A stretch of 64,000 bases of DNA from an uncultured Planctomycetota bacterium (GCA_963845755.1 CAWJTV010000011.1:608001-672000), one strand, 5' to 3'; positions 52,992 through 64,000 are shown, counted from the stretch's first letter. A program made the numbers and translations. The notes: generated by a model from the letters alone, not told the origin.

Positions 52992-53207
52992 ATCCCTCCC
53001 ACCGATCGGGGTATCACACTTCCCGGACGAGATCGCCTGCGGATTGCCGGCATTCCCCCAGGAAAACGACGGCCGGCCTTCACAGATCAGGCCCTTATGT
53101 TAACGCCTATGGGGGCTCGAGGGCACATCACTTCCACAGTAGCATTGCCCAACGGTATCGTCAACCAGGTTCAGGTCAGGAGTCTGCGCCGCGGGGATCG
53201 CCCATCC

Positions 53208-54705
53208 ATGGACACGAAACCACCGAAACGCGGCTGTCTTTGGAAAGTCGGCCTGCCCGTGCTCCTGCTGCTCGCGGCCGTGCTCGGGGCCGTGCTGTAC
53301 GTGAAACGCGGCATCGACCGCCGGCTCGCCGACGCGATCGCCGCGGCCGAACGCGTCGATCCCTACTGGCGGCTCGATGACCTGATGGCCCACCGGGAAC
53401 CGGTGCCCCAGGCGGAGAACTCGGCGGGGGTGTTGTCCGATGCCCTCGTCCTGATCCCCGCAAATTGGGCCGATGTTCCCGGGCCGCAACCCGGTGCGCC
53501 GAATCCTTCTCCTTCGAAGGCGTCGAAAGCCTACGAATTCCTGGACACGACGGCCGCCAACATCCGCCTGGATGACGCGGCGGTCGAACGCACTCCGCGG
53601 AGCGCTGAAGACGACCGGCGACGCGGTCAAGATCGCCCGGAACATCGCGGATTATCGTCGAGGCCGGCATGAGGTGATCATCGGTCCGACGGTCATCGAT
53701 ACGCGCCTCGGGCTGACGCAGGAGGCCCGCGGCGTGGCCCGCCTGATGGCGGTCGACGCGGCGGTCCGCGTCCACGACGGTGATCCCGACGGCGCGCTCG
53801 ACTCGTGCCGCGCGATCCTCGGCGCCGGTCGCTCGATCGGCGACGAGCCGTTCCTGATCTCCCAGCTCGTCCGCTTCGCGATCGGGTCGCTCGCGATGAA
53901 GTCCACGCGGCGCGTCCTGGGCCAGGGCGAGCCGTCCGACGCGGCACTCGCCCGGCTCCAGGCCCTCATCCTCGATGAGCTGGATCAGCCCCTGTTGCTC
54001 CATGGAGTGAAGGGAGAACGGGCCGCGCTCACCGAGCTGCTCCGTCGCCTCCGAGACGGCGAAGTGCCGATGTCCGTACTGAGCCAGGGCGGCGTGAGCA
54101 TAGGTCCCGGCGCCTCGATCTCCGCAGCCAGTCCCTGGGCCACACTCTGGTTTGACCAGCAACGGGCGGTCGCGCTGGAATGGATGAACGACGCCGTGGC
54201 CATCGCGCGGCGGCCCGCGACGGCGCGTCTCGCGCTCTGGCGTGCGTGGGAAACGAAGATCGCCCGGGCCAAGGAGGGCGGGGCCGGCACGTCCTCCGCA
54301 ACGCTCGCGTTCCTGCTCGCGCCGGCCCTTTCCAGCGCGAACGCGGCCTTTTCCCGGTACCAGTGCGAGCTGGGCGCGACGGCCATCCTGCTGGCCGCCG
54401 AGCGCCATCGCCGCAAGACGGGTCAGTGGCCCGCATCGGTCGAGGCCATCGATCGGAGCATCCTGCCGCGTGCGCCGGCCGACCCGTTCTCAGGCCAGGC
54501 GTTCCACATGGAGCACCGGGACGGGCAGCTTTTCATCTATTCGATCGGCCCGAATCGGCAGGACGAGCACGGCGACTACGATCCGAAGAAGTGGACGACG
54601 GGCAGGCCCGATGACGTCGGCGCCATCGCGTGGGACGTGCCCTTGCGCGGGCGAATGACCCCGCCCGAAGACAAGGCATCTCACCCCTCGAAGCCCTCGC
54701 CATGA
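53208..54705 (+). CDS. Hypothetical membrane-anchored planctomycete-type protein; frameshift near 53590
   Basis: N-terminal TM; EPFLISQLVR; C-terminal GQWPAS..LPRAPADPFSG...IYSIGPNRQDEHG motif reminiscent of T2SS-G tails. Confidence 0.65.
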
Positions 54706-54842
54706 TGTTCCCTCATCCCTGAGAGATAGACTATGATTCACGCCGGGCACAAGGGATCGAGTCGAGAGCCGAGTCGCCATCGCGAATCGGAGCACGATTC
54801 GCTCTATAATTTTATCATATTTATATTCGCTGGGAAGGACGC

Positions 54843-55274
54843 ATGGATATCGAAGCCGCACTCCAGGGCGGATTAGAGGGATGGCAGTACCGAGAGCCAC
54901 CCGCCGATCCCACGGTGATCGCGGAGCTTTCCGCCGGGTCTTCGATCGCGCTGCCCGAGGAGTATCTGGCCCTGCTGGGTTTCAGCAATGGCGGCGGCGG
55001 CGAGTTGGGCGTCGAGCCGGGGTGGTTCCAGCTCTGGCCAGCCCAAGAGGTACTGACGTTGAACCGCGATTATGGAATCCCCGGGTTCTTGCCCGGCTTC
55101 TTCGGCTTCGGCTCGAATGGCGGTGGAGAACTGCTGGCCCTCGACCTGCGGAGCGGCCCGCCGTATCCGGTCGTCATGGTCCCCTTCATCCCGATGGACG
55201 CCGATGAGGCCGTGATCATTGCCCACGACTTCGCGGAATTCTTGCACGCCCTCGGTCGGATCTGCCCGGATTGA
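54843..55274 (+). CDS. SMI1/KNR4 (SUKH) family protein
   Basis: ALPEEYLALLGFSNGG; FGSNGGGELLALD; IAHDFAEFL. Confidence 0.85.
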   Translation: MDIEAALQGGLEGWQYREPPADPTVIAELSAGSSIALPEEYLALLGFSNGGGGELGVEPGWFQLWPAQEVLTLNRDYGIPGFLPGFFGFGSNGGGELLALDLRSGPPYPVVMVPFIPMDADEAVIIAHDFAEFLHALGRICPD

Positions 55275-55369
55275 GTCAAATGGCGACCCAGGCTCGAACC
55301 GACGGCGACGGCGACTGACTCCCCTGGACTGTTGAGCTAACGACGTTTGGTCCCACCGAGGCCTGGGTC

Positions 55370-56098
55370 ATGCGACAATCCCGCGTGCGGTTCACGATCC
55401 GGGGACTCAAGATCGTCATCGCGGCGATGGCGGGGCTGATGGCGCTCGCGGTCACCTCGCCCGGGCTCGCGATCCTGATTCCGATCCCGTGCCTCGCTCT
55501 GATCGGCTCGTGGTGGCTCGTGCGCCGGGGCCTGCGGCGTGTCGCGGGCATCGGCTTCTGGATGCTTGCGATCGCGATCAACGCCTTGTACACCGTGTGG
55601 TGCATCGCGCCGGGCTACCTCTTAGTCCCTGGCCTGTTCCTGGGATCCTGGGTTCTCGCCATGCCGGCGATCGGCGGCCTGGGAGTAGCCTGGGGCATCC
55701 TCTCGACCCGATCGAGTGCGATCCCCCGGCGCCTCCGAGGGTTGGCCGCGACCTCGGTGGTGCTGCTGACCGCGCTGCCGCTCGTGACGGTCAGCACCCT
55801 CTGGCCGCTCCGGATTGCGTTCCTCACGGCCCGGCCGGGCCTGGAGAGGCTGGCCAACCAGGTCGCCGCCGGGACGACCGTGAGCTTTCCTCAACGGGTC
55901 GGCGTGTTCCAGTTCGCGGGCGCGGGCTTCGATCGACCGTCGGGCAACGTTGGCCTGATGATCGACCCGGATCCGAGTGGGCCCATCGGCTTCGTCCGCA
56001 CCCGTCCCGTTCCATTACCGGCGGAGCGCGACCCGATCCACGGGTCGGACCTCTACGTGGAGCTGGGATGGGGATGGTCGTACCGCGTAGAGGATTGA
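55370..56098 (+). CDS. Hypothetical multi-pass membrane protein
   Basis: RFTIRGLKIVIAAMA start; about five TM segments; C-terminus LGWGWSYRVED. Confidence 0.65.
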   Translation: MRQSRVRFTIRGLKIVIAAMAGLMALAVTSPGLAILIPIPCLALIGSWWLVRRGLRRVAGIGFWMLAIAINALYTVWCIAPGYLLVPGLFLGSWVLAMPAIGGLGVAWGILSTRSSAIPRRLRGLAATSVVLLTALPLVTVSTLWPLRIAFLTARPGLERLANQVAAGTTVSFPQRVGVFQFAGAGFDRPSGNVGLMIDPDPSGPIGFVRTRPVPLPAERDPIHGSDLYVELGWGWSYRVED

Positions 56099-56307
56099 CG
56101 TCGGGTCATCAAAAGAAAAGAGGAAGCCGGCCTTGCGGAGTCCGCGAGGATAGGGTACAAAAATCCATGTAACGCCCTCTCGCGAACACTCGGGACGAGA
56201 CGATGGACGGAGGGCGTCTCGCGTCTCTTTCGGGCCAGATCGAGGAAGCGATTCTCACCCTGGCGGGGATGTCAACAACTGGGTCGGCTTGGCAAGGAGG
56301 GTTTTCG

Positions 56308-56517
56308 ATGCTGGTGCTCAGCCGCAAGCTTGGTGAACGGATTCTGGTTCCGCACTGCGACCTGACGGTTACCGTCGTCGCGATCGAAGGCAACACGGTC
56401 CGGCTGGGCATCTCGGCGCCGGGAGAGATCCGCGTGTACCGGGAAGAACTCTGGCGACAGATCTGCGCGCAGGCGGCGCCACCCGATACCGTGCCAGCGG
56501 GGGCCGCGAAGGAATGA
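56308..56517 (+). CDS. csrA: Carbon storage regulator (CsrA/RsmA family)
   Basis: AAGGAGG RBS; MLVLSRKLGERI...VRLGISAP.EIRVYREE. Confidence 0.9.
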   Translation: MLVLSRKLGERILVPHCDLTVTVVAIEGNTVRLGISAPGEIRVYREELWRQICAQAAPPDTVPAGAAKE

Positions 56518-56774
56518 ATCGAGCATCATGGGCCCGGCTCCTTTCCACCTCACCATGCATCCGCGAGTCGAGCGGTTCCACGAGTGCGCTCCGACGGATC
56601 TCACCGCGTCTCCCCTACGCAGGAAGGCGACCACCGTCGGGACCGCGATGACCTGCGCAGCATCAACTCGCTCCGACGATGGCCGTCGGCCGCGGTGATC
56701 GTCTCACAGGCTCTTTCCGAAGGGGGACAGGCACCTCGAAGACTCGGAGCCAGTCCCCGTTTTGAAACAGCCTC

Positions 56775-57380
56775 TCACGCGAGGAGAAGGGTTTCGAGCA
56801 AGACCAGAAAGATGATCGCGATCCAGAAGATGCCTAGAATCCGCCCAGCGCGGTCGAGCCAGTCTGGCCGTGGCCGCCAGCGGCCCGTCAGGGCCAGCGT
56901 CAGCCAGACGGCCGCCACCGCCGCCCCGCACTGTCCATGGCCGAAAGCCAGGGCTGAGGCCAGGGTGTCGTGTACCCGCACCCCGAACGGGGCGGCGGGA
57001 GAATACGAGTTGTATGACAGGGCGAGGTTCATCGAGCCGACCAGGGCGATCACCATGGCGACCGCGCAACAGGCCGCGAATCCCGGCTGACGCGCGAGTC
57101 GGCGAAGCGGCGGGCGGAAATGAAGGAGTTCCAGGAGAAGAGCAGTCAGCGTCCAGATCGCAACCATGGGTTGGATGGTGAGGTTGCGTACATCCATCGG
57201 TTGGCCGTTGAGGATCCACCGGGCGAAACGGGCCGCTGCGAGAACGGGACTCCTTTGGATCAGATCCTTGTAGTGGCTCTGAACGAACGGTGGCCAGATC
57301 GGCCAGAGCCAGAAGCTGAGTGCCAGGGCCGCCACCACGATCATCAGGTCGCGCAGCGTGAACTTTCGGCGTTCGGACAT
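56775..57380 (-). CDS. Hypothetical membrane protein
   Basis: RKFTLRDLMIVVAALA; RPPLRRLARQPGFAAC; GRWRPRPDWLDRAGRILG. Confidence 0.7.
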   Translation of the reverse strand: MSERRKFTLRDLMIVVAALALSFWLWPIWPPFVQSHYKDLIQRSPVLAAARFARWILNGQPMDVRNLTIQPMVAIWTLTALLLELLHFRPPLRRLARQPGFAACCAVAMVIALVGSMNLALSYNSYSPAAPFGVRVHDTLASALAFGHGQCGAAVAAVWLTLALTGRWRPRPDWLDRAGRILGIFWIAIIFLVLLETLLLA

Positions 57381-57436
57381 GCGAGGAGCCTCGCTCGGGA
57401 CGCAAACAGGTAGCCGTCGTTGCTGGCCACGCACGC

Positions 57437-58107
57437 TTATGATAGGTTCGCCAGAGCCCCGGGGCAATCGATCCTGAGAGGACACTCCTTGCATCGGGGT
57501 TTCGACCTCTTGCACAGCGCCTGACCATGCTGACGCAGCAACTGATGGGCCTTGATGAGCCAGGGATACGCCCGGACCAACTCGTCCTCGATCGCCTCTT
57601 TCACCAGGCGGTAGGTCATCGCATCGTTCGGCTTCTCCTCGCCGAACCCGAGCCGGACCAACACGCGCAGGCCGTTGGACTCGAGCGCCAGGACGGGCAA
57701 GATCTGATTGAAGAGGAGGATCTTCTCGGCGCCGGGGTCGCCGATCGCGGGGAACCGTTTGAGGGCCTTCCTGGCCTGGGCTGTCGGGCGTTTGAGGACC
57801 GTCCGCAGGTCGCCGTCGAACTCGCGGACGGCGATCTCCGCGGCGCGACAGAGCTTCTCCACGGTGTTCGCGGCCAGGATGCCATGTCCGCCCACCGCGA
57901 TCAATCGGTCTCGCGGTGCGGCCAGGATCCGCTCCGGGGCGATCCCGATTTGCTCACGAAGCATCGTCATCGCCTCCCGTCGTCGGCGAGGTAGGCGACG
58001 TTCTCCCAGATGATCATTTCCCAGGGGTCGGTGACCTCCGGCGGGGCGGGCTCACCGAAGTATGCTTCAAGTCGCTCGATGACTCGCGGTAAGCGAATCG
58101 ACGACAT
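57437..58107 (-). CDS. HhH-GPD / endonuclease III-like protein with a [4Fe-4S] motif; frameshift near 57980
   Basis: LKRFPAIGDPGAEKILLF helix-hairpin-helix; C-x6-C-x2-C-x5-C (CKRSKPRCKECPLRIDC). Confidence 0.8.
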
Positions 58108-58324
58108 GGCGGCAAGACCTCATCCCCGAGAACCGGTCGAATCGGACAGCATTGCGTCGCGATTGCAACCCAAACCCAATATCCGGCGGATTCTCCGAAG
58201 CAATAACGCTTGACGCATCATCTTTAAATTTAAAGAGTTACAACGGTATTTCGCGGCCGAATTGCTACTGAATTGGGTCCACATTGCGACTATTGGGTCC
58301 TGCCAAGCAATTGCACCCAATCTT

Positions 58325-59954
58325 TCAGCCTGTCTCCAGTCCACCCGATTTTGGGTACCAGCGAGCTGCCCGGGTGGTTCCCACAAATTGAACCTTTCCG
58401 TCGTCTCTGAGCTCCCTTAGCAGAATCTGCACCTGGCCGCGGCTCAAGGCAGGCAGCACGTCCCTGAGATCCTGCAACGGGCTTCCATCCGTCGCGTTCT
58501 CCTGGATGTGTTTCATCAGCAAGCTCTTGTTGGTCTCACGATCGAGGCCCTTCTTGCGGGTATAGGCGCCCTTCTTCCCGACGAAAGAATAGTAGCGTCG
58601 CGAGAGCATGAGTTTGCCCCGCCCCGCCCGCTCGATCGTGCCGATCTCGAGGAGCCTGTCGATGCGAGGCCGGTAGACATCCGGTACTTTCTCGCCGCGG
58701 GCGACGTAGCCGAGGATCATCCAGTCGGCCGTGGAGAAGCTGGCAAGCTGCTCGTTGCCGACCTTCTCCAGGAACCGGACGAACAAAGGATCCTGGATGG
58801 TCCCGTGCAGTGTGAGGGAGACCTGATATCGGTCGGTATCGGTGAAATCCGGGAGTGGTTTGCTCGCGCGGATCGACTCCTCGAAGATCATATTCATCCC
58901 CTGGCCGGAGCGCTCGACAAGACCACATTTCAGGAAGACGTCGGCGAGTCGCCGGTTTCGCGGAGACTGCCGGTCGAGGATGTTCTCCAGGGTGATCGGG
59001 TAGGGGAGGCCACCGGGGCTGGTGATCTCGATGCGGCGCGGATACTGCCGGACGAAGATGTTCGATCCGAGCTGGTAGTCGCGGTGGCTGACGGCGTTGA
59101 GGATCGCCTCGCGGACCGGCCGTTCGGAGAACGTCGCGATATCCAGGATGAAGAGTCCGTCCTGGTAGTGCTGGAGATCGTTCCGCTGATTGATCGTGTT
59201 CCAGAGATCGTCGTAGAAGCGAAAGAAACCGACGCGGTAATCCTTGCGCCTGGGCGGGGCCGGAAGCGTCGGAGGATCGGTATTCAAAGGTGACCTCGGA
59301 TTGCGCCAGGAACCGGCCCAGCGCCCGGTGGGTCCCGAAGAGGATCAGCGCCGCGTAAGTGAGACGTCCATCGATCACCAACTCGGCATCCGTGAGGAGT
59401 TGCTCGGGCGAGAGCGTCGCGAGGGCGTGGTTGCCGGACTTGTGGATCCAGGGCCGCCGGAACTCCTCGATCGCTTCGAGATCGAGGTCGCTGAGCGTCG
59501 CCTCCTTGCAGATCTCGGCGGAGAAGTCCCGCCCGCCCTCGCCGAAGATCAGGCGGAGTTGCTCTTCTCTCATGGGCACGAGGCGATCCCCATCCCGGCT
59601 CCAGTAGATTCCCTTGTCCGCAATGGGGACGCCGACGGGACGGGACGGGATGTGGAACACCAGCACTGGGCCGTCGGGATGCGGGATCTCATCGAAATCG
59701 ATACGCAAGGGAATCCGGTCGCGAAGGCCCATCAACGTTCGCTCGGGCTGGGCGAATGCGCTCGAGCCAACGACTTGACGGGGTCGCTTGTCCGTGACGC
59801 CGAGAATCACCTTGCCTCCGCCGCTGTTCGCCAGGCTGACGCAGTACTTGACCAGTTCCTCAAAGTCGAAGTGTCTCTTGGCTTCCTTGAATTCGCACTG
59901 CTCCCCTTCCTTGCCTTGCATCCAAGCGTCGAGCTGTTCCACGAGCGTGCTCAT
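58325..59954 (-). CDS. AlbA_2 (Schlafen-like) + HATPase_c_4/RecG-C-like + wHTH protein; frameshift near 59245
   Basis: EGEQCEFKEA, SLANSGGGKVILGVTD; REAILNAVSHRDY, ITSPGGLP, RNRRLA, VERSGQG. Confidence 0.85.
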
Positions 59955-60157
59955 GCGTCTCCCGTGTCCCCTGGTTTCTCGATGATCGGCGACTGCGAAC
60001 TTCCGACGATCGGATCGGACACAATCACCGTACCAGCCCCTTGTTGCCGGCTCAACGGGCTATTACAGTCCATGTTAGTGGTCGAAGGCTCCCCGGCCGT
60101 GCACGACACGGGGTGAGGAACCGACCGGAGTGTCTTTTTCTCGAGGGAGGTGACGCG

Positions 60158-61481
60158 ATGTCTCGAACCGGACCGCTCACGAAGACGATGATGAGCCGGC
60201 GCGAGTCGCTCAAGACGATGGCCGCGGCCGGCGTGGCCTGCCTGATGCCGACGATCATCCCGGCCTCCGCGCTGGGCCGGGGCGGTGCCGTCGCGCCGAG
60301 CGAGCGCATCGTGCTCGGGGGTATCGGCCTCGGGCCGCGCGGCGAGTACGACCTCAAGTGGATGCTCCGCGAGAAGGACGTGCAATTCGTCGCGATCTGC
60401 GACGCGCGGAAGGTGCGGCGCGAGGCGATCAAGCAGATCGCCGACAAGCATTACGGCAGCTCCGACTGTCAGATGTATCCCGAGATGAAGGAGTTCCTCG
60501 CGACCCGCGACGACATCGACGCCGTGCTGATCGCGACCGGCGACCGCTGGCATTCGCTGGCGACCATCACGGCGATGCGGGCGGGCAAGGATGTGTACTC
60601 CGAGAAGCCGTCGTGCATGACGATCGCCGAGGGCCGCGAGGTCGTGGAGACCGCCCGGCGGTATGGCCGCATCTACCAGACCGGCACCCAGCGGCTCAGC
60701 GAAGGACCGTTCGTCACCGCCATCGAGCTGGCGCGCTCCGGACGGCTCGGACAGGTGCAAACCGTCCGCGCCCACATCGCGCCCTGGGACGCCGCCGAGA
60801 TGAGCCACGCCTGGCTCCCCGAGGAACCCCAGCCCTCCAAGGACGAAGTCGACTGGGACGCCTGGCTCGGCCCCTGCCCCTGGCGGCCGTACAACTCCAC
60901 TTATGTCAAGGGCGGCTGGCGCGGTCATTACGACTTCCACACCAGTTGCATCGGCGAGTGGGCGCGCACACCTTCCCCCAATCCCAGGCCGGCATCGATG
61001 CGCTGACCACCTCGGCCGTCGAATATCAATACGTGAAGAATGCCACCGGCGACGGCATGGTCGTCAAGTTCGGCAACGGCGTGCAGATGGTCCTGTCGCG
61101 GGGCGACAAGTACTGGCACGGGTCCTGCGGGATGCGGTTCGAGGGGACTGAAGGCTGGGTTGCCTGCGCCGACAGTTACAAGAAGCCCGAGGTGTCCAAG
61201 GACAACCTGCTCGAGGACGGCACCAAGCTGCTGGCCGACTACATGGACCGCACCCAGCGCCCATGAACCACGCGCGCAACTTCTTCGATTGCGTCAAGTC
61301 GCGGCAGCAGACCGTGGCCAACCCGGACGTCATGCACCATTCCATGAGCACCGTTCACGGGGCCAATATCTGCATGTGGCTCAAGCGCGACCTGAAATAC
61401 GACCCGGTGAAGGAAGAGTTCAACGACCCCGAGGCCAACCGGCTGCGCACCCGCCGCCAGCGCGAGCCGTACATTTATTGA
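60158..61481 (+). CDS. Tat-exported Gfo/Idh/MocA oxidoreductase; frameshifts near 60965 and 61260
   Basis: SRRESLK Tat motif; GIGLGPRG; IATGDRWH; DVYSEKP; QTGTQR; DWDAWLGP. Confidence 0.88.
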
Positions 61482-61558
61482 ACAGTCGTCAGTAGTCAGT
61501 GAAGACAGCGACCAATTCTGCTACTGCCGACTGCCTACGATTCAAGAGGAACACACCC

Positions 61559-62260
61559 ATGACCCGAACGACACTGAGACTCGCATGCCTCGGCCTGGTC
61601 GCGCCGCTGTTCGTGGCTGGCGCGACGGCCTTTGGACAGGAGACTCGCCCCGCCGCGAATGGGCGGGAGGCCGAGCTGATCGCCGTCTTGAAATCGAGCG
61701 CACCGCTGAAACAGAAGGCGGACGCCTGCCGCGAGCTGTCGCTCGTCGGCACCAAGGAATCCGTTGCGCCGCTGGCCGAGTTGCTCGGCGACGAGAAGAT
61801 CGCACACATGGCCCGGTACGCGCTGGAACCGATCCCGGATCCGGCCGTCGACAAGGCACTGCTCAACGCCCTGGGCAAACTCAAGGGACGCCCCCTGATC
61901 GGAGCGATTGGCAGCCTTGGTGTGCGACGGGACACCGATGCCGTCGGACCGCTGGCCACGCTGTTGAACGACCCCGATGCCGGCGTGGTACAGGCCGCCG
62001 CTCGGGCCCTGGGCAGCATCGGCAGTCTGCCTGCCGTGCAGCTCCTGGAGGACGCCCTGGATAAAGCCCCGGCCGCCAATCATGCGGCAATCGCCGAGGG
62101 TCTGTTCCGCTGTGCTGAGACCCTGACGGCCCACAATGAGCGTGGTGCGGCGATCGCCATCTACGCACGCCTGGATCAGCCGAAACTGCCCAAACCCGTC
62201 CGCGACGGCGCCGCGAGCAAGGCCCGCTTCCTGAGCCGGGAAACCGGGCCGACGTTGTAG
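61559..62260 (+). CDS. Exported HEAT-repeat protein
   Basis: Signal peptide; ARYALEPIP, AVGPLATLLNDPDAGVVQAAARALG. Confidence 0.8.
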   Translation: MTRTTLRLACLGLVAPLFVAGATAFGQETRPAANGREAELIAVLKSSAPLKQKADACRELSLVGTKESVAPLAELLGDEKIAHMARYALEPIPDPAVDKALLNALGKLKGRPLIGAIGSLGVRRDTDAVGPLATLLNDPDAGVVQAAARALGSIGSLPAVQLLEDALDKAPAANHAAIAEGLFRCAETLTAHNERGAAIAIYARLDQPKLPKPVRDGAASKARFLSRETGPTL

Positions 62261-62395
62261 ATTCGAGGAAGTCTCTCACGGGGCCCTCTGGCCGCGCCCG
62301 AACGAGGGATTCCGGAGTCGAGATTCCGGAGTCTCGAATCTCGTTGCGGCTCCGCCGCGTCGGGTTCCTGGAAAAAGATTAGAGGATTCATTCGT

Positions 62396-63495
62396 ATGTT
62401 GATGAATAGACGCGATGTGCTCCGCCGGACGCTCGCGACGGCAGGCCTGGGCGTCGCCGGCCTCGGATCTCGCCGAGCGAGGGCCGAGGCCCCGCCCCGG
62501 GCGCTGCCCGATGCGACACCCCAGCATCTACCGCGCTGGCGCGGGTTCAACCTGCTCGACAAGTTCATGGTCAACTCGCAGAAGCCGTTCGTGGAGCGAG
62601 ACTTCGCGGATATCGCCGAGCTGGGCTTCGACTTCGTCCGGCTGCCGCTGGATTACCGATGCTGGACCGACCCGGCGAAACCACGCGATCTGAAAGAGCC
62701 GATCCTCAAGGAGATCGACCAGGCGGTCGAGTTCGGGCAGAAGCATGGGATTCACGTCCAGCTCAACTTCCACCGAGCGCCGGGGTTCACGGTCGCCAGG
62801 CCGGCGGAGCCGAAGTCGCTCTGGACCGACCCGGAGATCCTCGAGGTCTGCGCCACCATTGGGCGAGCTTCGCGGCGCGATATCAAGGCATCCCGAACAA
62901 CCGGGTCAGCTTCAACCTGTTCAATGAGCCCGACGACAAGGTCAAACCGGACGAGCACCGCCGGGCGGTCGAACGCGTGGCCGGTGCGATCCGCGAGCGC
63001 GATCCGGACCGATTGATCGTCTGCGACGGCCGCGCCTGGGGCACCAAGCCGCCCGAGGAGCTGCTCGGCCTGAAGGTCGCGGCGGCGATGCACGACTACA
63101 CCCCGATGCCGCTGACCCATTACAAGGCGTCGTGGGCCAACTGGGACGAGAGCTGGCCCGAGCCGATCTGGCCGCTCAAGACGAACGATAATAAGTACAT
63201 CACCCGCAAGACCATCGCCCTGGACGTGATCAAGCCCTGGAAGGACTTCGAGGCCAAGGGCGTGGGCGTGATGGTGGGCGAGTTCGGCTGCCATAACATG
63301 GCGCCGCACCGGTTCGTCCTCTCCTGGATGCACGACACGCTCGAGGAGATCAAGAAGGCCGGCTTCGGCTGGGCCCTGTGGAACTTCACCGGGAGCTTCG
63401 GCATCTGCGACAGCGGCCGGTACGACATCGCCTACGAGACCTGGCACGGCCGCCAGCTCGACCGGGCCATGCTCGAGGTGCTCCAGGCGGGGTGA
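62396..63495 (+). CDS. Tat-exported glycoside hydrolase family 5; frameshift near 62855
   Basis: NRRDVL; WRGFNL, GFDFVRLPLDY, FNEP (acid/base), HDY, VGEFG (nucleophile), GWALW. Confidence 0.88.
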
Positions 63496-63622
63496 CCCGG
63501 TGCCCGGCCGCTTCGTGTCCGAATCGAGACGGTGCGGGACCACCGAGGAACGGTCTGCGAACGTCCGGTGATGCCTCTCGGACGCCGTTCGGCCCGGTAT
63601 CGTCCTTTTCCCTCGGATGCGA

Positions 63623-64000
63623 TCAAGCCCGGGTCAATCCGACGGTGATCGCCCGGTGGAGGGCGCGGAACTTGGAGGTGAGCCTCTGGATCTTGAAGTC
63701 GAGCCACCGCGCCAACGCCCCCATCCGACCCGTCCTCGCGATCCACTGCTGCTCGCGTTTTTGCCTGGCCGTGCTGCTCCGCTCTTGCCAGGGGAATTGT
63801 CGGGGGATGGTTCGCCGTCGTCCCCGTATGCCGAAAATGAGGACATAGGCGAAGCGAGGTCGATCCGAGCGGTTGGGGCCCGCCGAGTGCAATGTCATCC
63901 CATCGTGGAGTGAGACACCTCCGGCCGGAAAGGGGCAGGCGACGGCCTCGATCGGATCGAATCCTTCGACGCACTCCAGTCCGTGCAGCCGCGGGTCGGC
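63623..64000 (-). CDS. Phytanoyl-CoA dioxygenase (PhyH) family, C-terminal part; frameshift near 63930
   Basis: AVACP.PAGGVSLHDGMTLHSAGPNRSDRPRFAYVL; the gene continues beyond the window. Confidence 0.75.
   Translation of the reverse strand, partial: ADPRLHGLECVEGFDPIEAVACPFPAGGVSLHDGMTLHSAGPNRSDRPRFAYVLIFGIRGRRRTIPRQFPWQERSSTARQKREQQWIARTGRMGALARWLDFKIQRLTSKFRALHRAITVGLTRA

Noticed and set aside
1..64000. CRISPR array or cas genes, suggested by the TPR-CHAT plus sigma factor pairing
   Set aside because: No regularly spaced direct repeats with unique spacers and no Cas motifs were seen; the repeats here are tandem or palindromic
1..64000. rRNA, tRNA, integrase or transposase genes
   Set aside because: None recognised

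Overview
GC-rich bacterial DNA, most likely from a planctomycete (Isosphaeraceae-like). The evidence is LExRxLLS-type leaders, PEP-CTERM, ECF sigma/Ser-Thr kinase pairing, Uma2 and HEAT/Gfo-Idh-MocA genes. Many conserved genes carry single-base frameshifts, which suggests long-read assembly error, so I stitched those genes across frames. In order, the window holds: PIN-type toxin-antitoxin genes and remnants; sthA; Uma2; a KKPEA/LRR exported protein; an ABC-2 permease; three tandem Gly-rich beta-helix surface proteins; and a CPA2 antiporter. Next come an ECF sigma / membrane kinase (DUF4384-like) / exported TPR-CHAT(PDZ) protease operon with a divergent PEP-CTERM gene, and a cheW-mcp-cheR-cheA-cheC-cheD-cheY-cheB cluster. 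A tandem duplication of a kinase-STAND NTPase-TM-FGE/CLec receptor follows, then an FHA-GAF-PP2C phosphatase, SMI1/KNR4, csrA, an HhH-GPD protein, an AlbA/Schlafen-type protein, an oxidoreductase, a HEAT protein, GH5 and a partial PhyH gene. The strongest lead is that the two receptor paralogs end in hypervariable CLec tails whose codon pattern resembles diversity-generating retroelement (DGR) target regions; no RT or template repeat was seen in the window. Both paralogs also carry an in-frame heptamer palindrome at the same site. The second lead is the ECF-kinase-exported caspase-like module. All domain calls come from motif recognition by eye, not database searches.
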